From: a virus
Taxonomy: Duplodnaviria > Caudoviricetes
Virus record (IMG/VR): IMGVR_UViG_3300025098_005131
Length of the DNA: 64,000 nucleotides
Direction: 5' to 3' (one strand)
Below are positions 55,420 to 64,000 of this stretch, in pieces. Numbering within the stretch: the first letter of the stretch is position 1; every line of letters starts with the position of its first letter. The notes below the pieces were generated by a model. That model searched no databases, was not told where the DNA came from, and worked only from the letters and a program-made list of their open reading frames with translations. Both the position numbers and the translations under genes were made by a program.

Positions 55420-58400
55420 TTAATCAAAAGCATTAATCTTTTTAAGTTTAGCAAGTGTAGATGACATACCCCAACCTGCATCGTTCTTTACATCAGCAAG
55501 CCATGTACTAAACTCAACACCATCTTCAACACTACCCCAAACCCTTAACCAGCCACTACGATTGTCTGAGTCAACGCATTTCCAACGCATAAACGCTTTA
55601 CCGTTTTTTGTTGTTTTATGAATAACTTCTGTAACAGTAAACCAGCCAATTCCTCTTTCACCTTGAGGTATATCAAATACACTCTTGATTTGCTTGTCGT
55701 TTAACTTTTTAATTAGACTAGGTGGAAACAGGAGGTCGTCACTTGCATCGTTGCTGAGATCAAAATAATTCCTAATTTTTTCTGATCTATTCCAGTCAGA
55801 CACAACACGATACTTTGTCAATAAATCTTCAACAATTGGAACAATTTCTTCTTCGTTCTTTTTTGCTCTTTTTACTGCAGTTTTTGTCATTCCCCAATAA
55901 CCTTTCTTGAGTGTAGTATAGTTATCAAGTATTAAATCATGGAGTTGCTTGTGATTATCCAGTTCATCGTTTTTAAACTCGTCAAGAGACTTAAATGCTT
56001 CCATCTTCGCTAGCGATGAAAAAGCTGTTTTGTTTAACTTGGAATGTTTCCATACTCCTTCTGCATCGTAAAATAGAGTATTTAAATTTTTGTATGGTCT
56101 ATTCGCAAATACTTCTTCAACAGCTTTATCTCCTACTCCTTTAAGCGATGTTAGCGGAGGAACAAAAGCTTTTAATACGTCTGAATATTCCCATTCTGCT
56201 TCAGAGTGGTTTATATCTATTGCTGCAATTTCGTATCCAAATGATTTAATCTCTGATATGGCTTTTGACATGCCTTTGGGGTTACCATTTTCAGACTGTA
56301 ATATTGCAGCCAACCACTCAGTCTCGTGATGTGTATGCAGCCAAGCCGCGTAATATGAACCAATAGCATAAGCAACTGCGTGAGACTTGTTAAAGCCATA
56401 AACAGCAAAATTTTCTATATCTGCCCATAACTTAGAAGATACCGACTCCGGGACATCGTTTAATTCTTTAGCACCTTTAATAAACTTTTCTCTAGCAATT
56501 GCTTTTTCTGAGCCTTTAGAATGCAGTGTATCTAGTGACTTCTTAACCAGCGTCTTTCTAAGCTTATCAGCCTCACCTGGATCAAATCCACTTAACTCTT
56601 GTGCAAGTAACATAAACTGCTCTTGAAAAACTACGTAGTTAAACGTAGGCCCTAATATCTTTTCAATAATAGGGTGATCATACTTAATGTCAGATGCATT
56701 TCTTTTTGCTTTAACATACTTCTTATGAACATTTGCTTTAAGCGGACCAGGTCTGTATATAGCTGTTAAGGCTGCAAGTTCTTCAATAGAATCAGGTTCT
56801 GCCTCTTTGGCAAAGTTTCTAGCACCAGGAGCTGTAAATTGGAATATGCCACAAAACTTTCCGTCTTTATATACATGTTCCCAAACTTTAGGGTCATCTT
56901 GTTTGACAAACCTACAGTTTAAATGTTTATCAAAGAATGCTCTTGCATCTGTAAATGTAGGATTATTATTTCCTTGCTTCTTGAGAATTCTATAAATGCA
57001 GTTTTCTACGTCTTTAAGCAATGTCAATCCTAAGAAGTCAAACTTAAGAAAGCCGTTATCTTCAAGATTTCTAAAGTTCATACCTTCTGTCCAAGGAGTT
57101 TGTAGTTCGCCGCGAACACCAACAATCGGCATTGACTCAGCAAGAGAATCAGCATCAGCTATTATTACACCACCTGCGTGTCTACCAATAGCTCTATTTT
57201 GCATAAACAACGTTTCAACATGCTCGGCAACTTCCGGATAGGTTGTCATAAATTCATTATACTCAGGAGAGTATTTCATACAGTCTTCATGCTTAAGGAC
57301 GAATACAGATTTTTCTTGATTTTTATCCATCGCTTTTTGCATAACTTGATCTTGAAGAGGACCAGTTACTTTGTTTACTTCATCAAAAGGAATATCATAA
57401 AACTTTGCAATATCTTTAATAAGCGATTTAAGCTTAAGTGTATTAAAGTTTGATACTGGAATAACTGCATCGTCGCCGTATAATTCTTTTGCTGCATTAA
57501 TAAGTTCATCTCTGTCGCCAGCGTCTGTATCAATGTCAGGCCACGAAACTCTGTGTCTTCCTAAAAATCTACTCCAAAGTAAGTTATAAGGAATAGGATC
57601 AAGTTGAGTAATACCTAGCAAGTAATTAACTAAAGAACCTCCGCCTGAGCCACGGGCCGGTCCAAATAGAGTCTTTGTTTCAGCTTTTTTAAAGATCTCA
57701 TACATTGTAATGAAGTAAGCTTCGTGCCCAAGATACTTAATGTCAGACAGCTCATATTTAGCTCTATCTACATATTCTTTGTTTGTATGCAAACCTTCAC
57801 TAATCAAAGCATTCTTGACTAAGTCTGATAGATGTTTAAACGGCGTCTTATCAGGTACTGATATTGTTGGAAGCTTTGCGCTTACATCTATCCATGTATC
57901 TTCGAAATCATTCCAAACAATGTCATGTGTTCTTTCTATCGACTCTTTAACTAGCTGCTCGTTTCCTTTATAGAAATCGTGTTCTTTATATCCTTCTAAG
58001 AATTCATCCCACATTTGTTGCGCATTCTTAGGATATAGCTCACATTTAAGATCTTCAAAAGCAGGCAGTGTCATGCCATCCTTCTTACCTAACCATCCAA
58101 GCTTCTTATATAATTCTCTCGCTTGCCACTTATCATTACTTGGGTAGTGAGAATCTGCTGTTGAGATAAGAGGAATACCCGTCAACTTATGATGTTCTAT
58201 GAGGTAATCATTAACAACATGTTGTTTATTAAGCTTGTTGAATTGTAGTTCTAATTTAAAGTTTTCAATACCAACAGCATCTGTAAACCTGTCTGATAGA
58301 CTTAAAAGATCTTTTTGGATTTCGTCGCGTGACTTATCATGAGCTACGCCTCGAAGTATTCTATTGCTAAAAATGCCGCCTAAACATGCAGTATTAACAT

Positions 58401-58995
58401 GCAAACCTTCACCGTGTTCTTTAAGCATTTTAAAGTCAATACGTGGGTATCGATAGAAACCATCCTTATACGACTTCTTTACAAGGGTAAACAGATTATT
58501 AAGACCTTTTCTATTTCTTGCTGTAACAACTAAGTGATATCGACGTTTCCATTCATCCTTAAGAATATCAATCTTCTTGGACTCATCTTCATCCTCGATT
58601 ACAAGACCACCACTTTCATCATCAGCGTCAATAACAATTTTTTCTTTGCTTTTTCTTTCAGCAGCAGCAGCAGTTTTTGCATCTTTAATTGCTTGCCTGT
58701 GTGATGCATAGTCATCTGTCCATTGATCTAACGAAGGAACAAAATAAAATTCTACACCATAAATCTGTCTAAACTTTCGACCTGCTTTTTGCATTTTAAC
58801 TGCATATGAATGTGCATGTGCAAGACCGTTACCGTTACCGTGGTCTGTTAGCGCCCAAGCATCCATGCCTTGTGATTCAGAAAGAACAAAGTCTATATGA
58901 TCTGATGGGTATCCTAGTCCATCGAAAGTGCTGAACGTTGAGTGTGAATGAAGAGAAACAAATCTGTCTGGTGGTGTTATTAAATCAATAGACAA
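55420..58995 (-). CDS. dnaE: DNA polymerase III alpha subunit (family C)
   Basis: PHP HSHSTFS.FDG, TDHGN, DSHY; RGSGGGS, PDIDTD, KFDFLGL, FQEQ, GFNKSHA. Confidence 0.95.
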   Translation of the reverse strand: MSIDLITPPDRFVSLHSHSTFSTFDGLGYPSDHIDFVLSESQGMDAWALTDHGNGNGLAHAHSYAVKMQKAGRKFRQIYGVEFYFVPSLDQWTDDYASHRQAIKDAKTAAAAERKSKEKIVIDADDESGGLVIEDEDESKKIDILKDEWKRRYHLVVTARNRKGLNNLFTLVKKSYKDGFYRYPRIDFKMLKEHGEGLHVNTACLGGIFSNRILRGVAHDKSRDEIQKDLLSLSDRFTDAVGIENFKLELQFNKLNKQHVVNDYLIEHHKLTGIPLISTADSHYPSNDKWQARELYKKLGWLGKKDGMTLPAFEDLKCELYPKNAQQMWDEFLEGYKEHDFYKGNEQLVKESIERTHDIVWNDFEDTWIDVSAKLPTISVPDKTPFKHLSDLVKNALISEGLHTNKEYVDRAKYELSDIKYLGHEAYFITMYEIFKKAETKTLFGPARGSGGGSLVNYLLGITQLDPIPYNLLWSRFLGRHRVSWPDIDTDAGDRDELINAAKELYGDDAVIPVSNFNTLKLKSLIKDIAKFYDIPFDEVNKVTGPLQDQVMQKAMDKNQEKSVFVLKHEDCMKYSPEYNEFMTTYPEVAEHVETLFMQNRAIGRHAGGVIIADADSLAESMPIVGVRGELQTPWTEGMNFRNLEDNGFLKFDFLGLTLLKDVENCIYRILKKQGNNNPTFTDARAFFDKHLNCRFVKQDDPKVWEHVYKDGKFCGIFQFTAPGARNFAKEAEPDSIEELAALTAIYRPGPLKANVHKKYVKAKRNASDIKYDHPIIEKILGPTFNYVVFQEQFMLLAQELSGFDPGEADKLRKTLVKKSLDTLHSKGSEKAIAREKFIKGAKELNDVPESVSSKLWADIENFAVYGFNKSHAVAYAIGSYYAAWLHTHHETEWLAAILQSENGNPKGMSKAISEIKSFGYEIAAIDINHSEAEWEYSDVLKAFVPPLTSLKGVGDKAVEEVFANRPYKNLNTLFYDAEGVWKHSKLNKTAFSSLAKMEAFKSLDEFKNDELDNHKQLHDLILDNYTTLKKGYWGMTKTAVKRAKKNEEEIVPIVEDLLTKYRVVSDWNRSEKIRNYFDLSNDASDDLLFPPSLIKKLNDKQIKSVFDIPQGERGIGWFTVTEVIHKTTKNGKAFMRWKCVDSDNRSGWLRVWGSVEDGVEFSTWLADVKNDAGWGMSSTLAKLKKINAFD

Positions 58996-59021
58996 ATCAT
59001 ATACCTTTCTTGTTTTTATTT

Positions 59022-59050
59022 ATTATATTTAATTAATAATTAATTTACAC
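59022..59050 (-). promoter_or_regulatory. phage promoter GTGTAA-N17-TATAAT upstream of dnaE
   Basis: exact motif. Confidence 0.75.
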
Positions 59051-59059
59051 GAATTTAAA

Positions 59060-60253
59060 TTACTTGATTACTTCTTTACCATCGATTAGCCTAAAAGTTC
59101 TTTCTTTGTTATACTTCATGACTTTACCGTAAGACATGCGCATGCACCCAATACAACTCACTATATTATTTGGGCTTTGTCCATCTTCACTGTAACGATT
59201 AAAAAACTCAATTAGAGCTTCTAAAGATTTAAATCCTCCGCCGAGACCCCAGTAACACTCACCAGAAAGCCACATTCGAAGTCGATTAGGCATCCATCTA
59301 TTTTGAATACACAGTTTTATTTCTTTGTCAAGTAAATTAATTCCTGTGTTTCCATTCATAAACTGGTCTTTTGTAAAAACTGCGTCAAACTCGTTATCGC
59401 GGAGGTTATTGAAAGACTTTTCATCAAGTAGCTTTTTAGCTGTCACTTTTATGTCGTCAAAAAGACCAATGCTTTTTTCTCGACACTTTCTTATGCTAAT
59501 CTCTCTAAATGCTAACTGTCTAAGCAAAGGAACAGTTGGAAAGTCTTTTTCAATGTAATGAGGAGATACTGCAAGTGTAAGATACGTTATAACTCTTGCA
59601 TCTATTAATCCATGATGAAAAAACTTTGAAAGCTTAGTGCTACCTTCGCGCTCATTTCTTGTTATATGATACGTTATTAGCTTTTCTTTAAATCGTCTAT
59701 AGACGTTGACGACTTCTTGTCTTATTTCTTCAGCATTCGCTTTATTAACAATATGCACGCTGCCTATGTTTCCAAAGTCATTAACTTTTCTATAGGCACA
59801 GTAAATATCGTTATTTGAAAGTTTGTTTTTTGCCCAATAAATCCATCTGCTCTTTGCTGTCATTTTTGTGCATGAGTCTATAAAAGAGTCAGAGTCAACT
59901 TCTTCGACGTTTAAATTATTAAATACAAGTTGATTAGAAAACAAAGGTTTGTCGTAAAAGACTTTTTCAACATTTTCTTTTTTACAGAATTCTTCGATAA
60001 CACTTACAGCTGAAGGTGTCTTTATTATTTTAAGACTTAAGTCATACTTCTTTTTTATTTGGCATGCAAAGTCATCTAAGACTTTGTAGTAGTATTCATT
60101 GTTGCTCATTTCATAAAAACTTTTAAACTTTTCGCTTAAGTAATAATTTGAAACATGAACAACACACACATTACTATATGAATTTAGCGCCTTATAAAAT
60201 AAAAGGCTGTTTGTTCTAAAGCTATGATCTATAATAATTAGACACTTCGACAT
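59060..60253 (-). CDS. divergent DNA photolyase/cryptochrome family protein
   Basis: GSTKLSKFFHHG, RQLAFRE, GNTG..LLD, MPNRLRM, SEDGQSPNN. Confidence 0.75.
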   Translation of the reverse strand: MSKCLIIIDHSFRTNSLLFYKALNSYSNVCVVHVSNYYLSEKFKSFYEMSNNEYYYKVLDDFACQIKKKYDLSLKIIKTPSAVSVIEEFCKKENVEKVFYDKPLFSNQLVFNNLNVEEVDSDSFIDSCTKMTAKSRWIYWAKNKLSNNDIYCAYRKVNDFGNIGSVHIVNKANAEEIRQEVVNVYRRFKEKLITYHITRNEREGSTKLSKFFHHGLIDARVITYLTLAVSPHYIEKDFPTVPLLRQLAFREISIRKCREKSIGLFDDIKVTAKKLLDEKSFNNLRDNEFDAVFTKDQFMNGNTGINLLDKEIKLCIQNRWMPNRLRMWLSGECYWGLGGGFKSLEALIEFFNRYSEDGQSPNNIVSCIGCMRMSYGKVMKYNKERTFRLIDGKEVIK

Positions 60254-60276
60254 TTATAACCTTTCTATTTTTATTT

Positions 60277-60306
60277 ATTATATTAACATTATATTTATAT
60301 TTACAC
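60277..60306 (-). promoter_or_regulatory. phage promoter GTGTAA-N18-TATAAT upstream of the photolyase-like gene
   Basis: exact motif. Confidence 0.7.
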
Positions 60307-60330
60307 ATAAAAGATATAATAAGGCTTATA

Positions 60331-63096
60331 ATGACAAAGTATAGTTTAAAAGAAAATTTTCTTATTAAAGAAAATAAAGGAATAGAGTTAAGAGGAAACA
60401 AGCTTTCAGTTTATCACTTAACAGGTGCAGAAAAGTTTAAAAATTACTCGTCTTATGTAAAAGATACAAAAAAGCCTTTTAAACCTAGTAAACCAAGAAA
60501 AGTCAAAGATCGTGCTAGAAACATTATTAATAGAGTTACTTATGACAAAGGCAGGAGTGGTGCAACCACGCAAAGCAAAAGTGACATAGAGTTTCAAGGA
60601 ATTACAGAACTACTATCAGACCCGTATACAGTAGGAACTGGGTTTACACCTGGCCACGGAGATATGTACGGCCCAGGATTATATACATGTTACGACTTTA
60701 ACCCTTCTATTGTTCATTTGTATGGGGATATATGTTTTAAATTTGAAGTTGACATTAGCAATTATATTATATTTTTTGAAGATCTGGCTAAACAAATTCA
60801 CGGTGATAAATGGAAGCTAGAAGACCAGATAGAAAAGTTGTTTGATGAAAAGTTTTCTTCTCTTGCAAAAGACGAATTATTTGCGAAAACAAAAGAAGAC
60901 TTAAAACAATATTGCACTCCATTAACACAACGAATAAATGGGACTAGTTATTTAGTGGACGATCCTAACAATAAAAATCTAACTTCATCTTCTGCTTTTT
61001 CTTTTACTAAATACGTCATGGGTAATTATACACCTAAGTATTTAACTTCTGTCATAGACGGTATTATATTTAGAGGTGACCATGACGGACCTGTTTGCGT
61101 TGTTTACAATCCGCAAAGAAAAGCAAAAGTTGTAGAATTAGGTAGAGTTGTAGGTAAAGAAGTAGAATGGCATTCAAACGTTGCGAGTTTTTTTCCAGAC
61201 CAAAAGCTAGCATTAGACATAGATTTTGAAACTCTAAATGATATTGCACAAGAAAACGATGTCGACGAAGAAGACTTTAAACAAGATCAGCTACAAAAAG
61301 TAGAAGGACTTTTGCCTACACTTTATTGGTGCAATGAAATCAATAAAGTTGCAGACTCTCCTGATCTAACATACGAAATGATACAGAAGGTTTATGACTT
61401 AGTTGTTAATGACAACTTAAAAATAGAAACAATGTTTATCAATCACGTTTTGTTTGCAAATACAAAAAGTAAAGTAAATAAAGCTGTTGGCACAGGTGGT
61501 AATCCATTACAAGCCTTTAAAGTTGACCAAAATAACATAGAAAATATTCACTTAGAATGTTTAAACTTAATAACTGAACTTTGTAAAAAAATAAACTATT
61601 TCACAGACAATGACGTTAATTATTATTTTCCAAGATTTTTAGATGTAATAACTTCTCCAATAAACAAGCAAAGTGTTACAAAAAAAGATTTCGAAAGGTT
61701 TATTGATATTTACATAGAAAATGCAGACAAAGTCAGCTATGGTATGTTAGTTTTTCGTAACATACAATATGGCGGCCACTTATCTGTAAATGATATGTTA
61801 TTTTCTAGAAAGTCTCTAAATAAGTTAAACAGTCTTGACAATAGTCGTTTAATGATGAACGTAGAATTGTATCAAGTTTCTCAATTAGCAAGATATCGAA
61901 GTCGCTTAGATAATCTTACTGGCCAAGATATACTTGATGTTTTAATAAAAATGCTTACTTTTTACTTTCCGACAAAAAACAAAGACTATAAAACAGCAAT
62001 TTGCAAGCTTCCTTGGGAAAGAAAATACTTTACAGAATTACCTGAAATTCAGCAGTTTCTGTTTGAAGAGCTTGATACAATTTCTTCAGCACAAATTGCA
62101 GGATCTATTGACACTATGACTCGTGGTGTTTTTACCTTATTCCAAAATGAAATAATAAGCTGTGTAAGAATTGATCTTTTAAATAAAATAATTGATATAA
62201 TTTTTGAAGACATCGATAGATTAGGCACAAAAGCTAGACAGAATGTTGAACAAAATTTATTAGACATTAGAGATGAAAACATTAAAAAACAGATTACAAA
62301 CCAGAAATACCACCAATTTGTTAATCAAAAGCTTGACACTGCAAACAATTGGAGTCCTTTAATTGATGAACTCAAGCAATCACAAACGCCTGCAGAAACC
62401 CGATTAATACTTAAAAATAATAGAAAAGTTGAAACAAAGAACAAAGAATACGCTGAAGCATTGGTTTCAGGCATAATTTCAGGTGATATTCCTCCAGATA
62501 TTAGCAATCTCCAAATGTATTTAAGATGGATTAGTTATGAAATAAAGCTACCATTTCAGACACTCATCTCTTTATGTGAAGCTTGTTTTAGTTATATTGA
62601 TATCAAACCAAACAGTAAAAAACATTTTAATGATCTTTTAATGCTTTTGTTAAGATCTTCGAAAGGTGTAGAACAATATCTTGAGACTATTGCTCTGTTA
62701 AAAACAATACCAGAAGCTCACATGAATAGTTTAGAACTAGGTAGAATACATTATACAGAAGGTGACAACGATTTATTTGAACAGGTTGCAAATAATTCTA
62801 GTCTGCTATCATTGTTTTTTAGTGGGATGAGTCAGCGGCAAGTTCTTAAAATTGCTAAGGGCATACATCGAAGCGTCAATTATGCAGTAACACTTGCACC
62901 TGGCGCCAATTTATATTTACCTGACGAAGGTATTGAAATCGTAATAGATTATATAGAAAAAATGTTTGGCAAAGGATCTATACTTAAATTAATTAGTGAG
63001 ACTAGACATCTACTTCTACAAAGACAAAACTCGCAAGATCCGCAAGAATCAAATGAGACACTAATTAAAAGATACATTTCTTTAATTCTGTCTTAA
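60331..63096 (+). CDS. PARP-like ADP-ribosyltransferase domain protein, 921 aa; paralog of 15765..18527
   Basis: YHLT, GFTPGHGDMYGPGLYT, IDGIIF, GPVCVVYNP; leader SLKENFLIKE. Confidence 0.68.
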   Translation: MTKYSLKENFLIKENKGIELRGNKLSVYHLTGAEKFKNYSSYVKDTKKPFKPSKPRKVKDRARNIINRVTYDKGRSGATTQSKSDIEFQGITELLSDPYTVGTGFTPGHGDMYGPGLYTCYDFNPSIVHLYGDICFKFEVDISNYIIFFEDLAKQIHGDKWKLEDQIEKLFDEKFSSLAKDELFAKTKEDLKQYCTPLTQRINGTSYLVDDPNNKNLTSSSAFSFTKYVMGNYTPKYLTSVIDGIIFRGDHDGPVCVVYNPQRKAKVVELGRVVGKEVEWHSNVASFFPDQKLALDIDFETLNDIAQENDVDEEDFKQDQLQKVEGLLPTLYWCNEINKVADSPDLTYEMIQKVYDLVVNDNLKIETMFINHVLFANTKSKVNKAVGTGGNPLQAFKVDQNNIENIHLECLNLITELCKKINYFTDNDVNYYFPRFLDVITSPINKQSVTKKDFERFIDIYIENADKVSYGMLVFRNIQYGGHLSVNDMLFSRKSLNKLNSLDNSRLMMNVELYQVSQLARYRSRLDNLTGQDILDVLIKMLTFYFPTKNKDYKTAICKLPWERKYFTELPEIQQFLFEELDTISSAQIAGSIDTMTRGVFTLFQNEIISCVRIDLLNKIIDIIFEDIDRLGTKARQNVEQNLLDIRDENIKKQITNQKYHQFVNQKLDTANNWSPLIDELKQSQTPAETRLILKNNRKVETKNKEYAEALVSGIISGDIPPDISNLQMYLRWISYEIKLPFQTLISLCEACFSYIDIKPNSKKHFNDLLMLLLRSSKGVEQYLETIALLKTIPEAHMNSLELGRIHYTEGDNDLFEQVANNSSLLSLFFSGMSQRQVLKIAKGIHRSVNYAVTLAPGANLYLPDEGIEIVIDYIEKMFGKGSILKLISETRHLLLQRQNSQDPQESNETLIKRYISLILS

Positions 63097-63143
63097 AATC
63101 GAGATATGATTAAAATATTTATTAAAAACAAATAAGGTTTGAA

Positions 63144-64000
63144 ATGAAAATTAGACTACTTAAAAAATATATTAAAGAATCACTTGGAAGAGAAATTATG
63201 TCTTCTCCAAAAAGGTTGTCTTTACCAAATACAGCTGCAGACCAGCAAAGATTTTTAACAAAAATAGAAACAATAGACAAAACAAAGCTTTCTTTAGAAG
63301 AAATACTAGAAGAACTTATTGTTGCAGCTGGTCCGACTACTTATATACGATATCAAAATAAGTTTGGAGACGTAGAAGTCCCTCCGATGGAAGTTAGCCC
63401 GCAAGTTAGATTTCAAACGCCTCACGGAATATATGGTTATCCCTTAAACCAAAACAACTTACAGTCAATAATTACAAGAGGACAGCCAACTAGTGCAGGC
63501 TTTGCGACAAACTATGATTATTTCCATGTTTACAAAATTGATACGTCAAAAACAGCTAACGTAAAAAAAGATAAAGAAAGTCTAAGTGTAATACAAGGCA
63601 AATACACTAACAAGGAAAAAGTGATAGATGACATAGCTGAATGTATAAGGCTTTCTACAAGTTTAATTAAAGACAAAGAAAAAGAAGATGCTATTTTGCA
63701 AGATTATAAAGATCTAGAAAAAGACATTAAAAATCTTAAAAGTAACGTCTCATATGATAATTATTACTTCAACTCAATCTTTACAAAATATAGTCATCTA
63801 GTCGGTGAGGTTGACGAAGAAAAGATCGATGAAAAACAAAGTTTAATTAACATATATAAATTTGAAATTGCTGACGCAATATATGCGCATATGAGAAGTC
63901 ATTTTGAAAAATTTGGTTATTATAATAAAAACGTTAGCAAACAATATTCATTTTTTGTTATTTTAAAAGATGCTATAGGAAGTATATCTTCTGCTATTGC
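63144..64000 (+). CDS. partial ORF (runs off the window), TPHGxYxYP-domain paralog of 19036..20796
   Basis: MKIRLLKKYIKES...EVSPQVRFQTPHGIYGYPL...GFATNYDYFH. Confidence 0.7.
   Translation, partial: MKIRLLKKYIKESLGREIMSSPKRLSLPNTAADQQRFLTKIETIDKTKLSLEEILEELIVAAGPTTYIRYQNKFGDVEVPPMEVSPQVRFQTPHGIYGYPLNQNNLQSIITRGQPTSAGFATNYDYFHVYKIDTSKTANVKKDKESLSVIQGKYTNKEKVIDDIAECIRLSTSLIKDKEKEDAILQDYKDLEKDIKNLKSNVSYDNYYFNSIFTKYSHLVGEVDEEKIDEKQSLINIYKFEIADAIYAHMRSHFEKFGYYNKNVSKQYSFFVILKDAIGSISSAI

Noticed and set aside
55420-58995. Intein or intron in dnaE
   Set aside because: Normal length and continuous motifs; no splicing motifs or homing endonuclease seen
1434-62507. Short opposite-strand or out-of-frame track ORFs (e.g. 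1434, 2720, 6277, 21459, 28770, 30845, 39574, 56090, 62049)
   Set aside because: Shadow ORFs nested inside well-supported genes, with no recognisable motifs
1-64000. Stop-codon reassignment as in some huge phages
   Set aside because: Long enzymes are intact in code 11, TAG and TGA both end genes (e.g. 1003 TAG, 22616 TGA), and coding density is high
1-64000. Eukaryotic giant virus or cellular origin
   Set aside because: Shine-Dalgarno sites, sigma-70, DnaE, lytic transglycosylase and lipoproteins indicate a bacterial host; lack of housekeeping operons and the T4-like ligase and RNase H indicate a phage
1-64000. tRNA or other structured RNA genes
   Set aside because: Intergenic gaps are short and AT-rich, and I saw no T-loop/D-loop signatures by eye; a tRNAscan/Infernal run would be needed to be sure

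Overview
This 64 kb window is an internal segment of a very AT-rich (about 30% GC by eye) jumbo/huge bacteriophage genome. It uses the standard genetic code with Shine-Dalgarno sites. I saw no tRNA, rRNA, CRISPR array, integrase or transposase, and no capsid, portal or terminase gene. Two gene classes alternate. (1) Replication, repair and metabolism genes: ATP-dependent DNA ligase, DnaE, flap endonuclease, RadA core, UvsE, photolyase-like, PurA, PurB, IMPDH/GMPR-family, dCMP deaminase, thymidine kinase, a dNMP kinase fused to a thymidylate-synthase-like domain, GroEL, a MoxR-vWA pair and a sigma-70 factor. Many follow a shared promoter, GTGTAA-N17/18-TATAAT (12 copies, all on the minus strand). 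(2) About 25 proteins share an N-terminal helix ending in (L/I)(L/I)xE, resembling a T4-type prohead-protease cleavage leader. They are probably packaged in the head and include two PARP-like ADP-ribosyltransferases, an RNA-ligase-like polyprotein, a HIGH nucleotidyltransferase, a HAD phosphatase, a SOD, a ParB-like protein and Lys-rich proteins. Top leads: a sigma factor apparently split into regions 1.2-3 plus a separate HTH, matching the non-canonical -35 box; an aerolysin-like lipoprotein with a symmetric hairpin of about 120+120 residues; a probable GMP-to-AMP funnel (GMPR-PurA-PurB); and an Asp-type (cytosine-specific) TS-like domain fused to a kinase. A thrombospondin-repeat protein with a MYXO-CTERM-like tail hints at a Myxococcota host. 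All family assignments come from reading motifs by eye; no database search was run.
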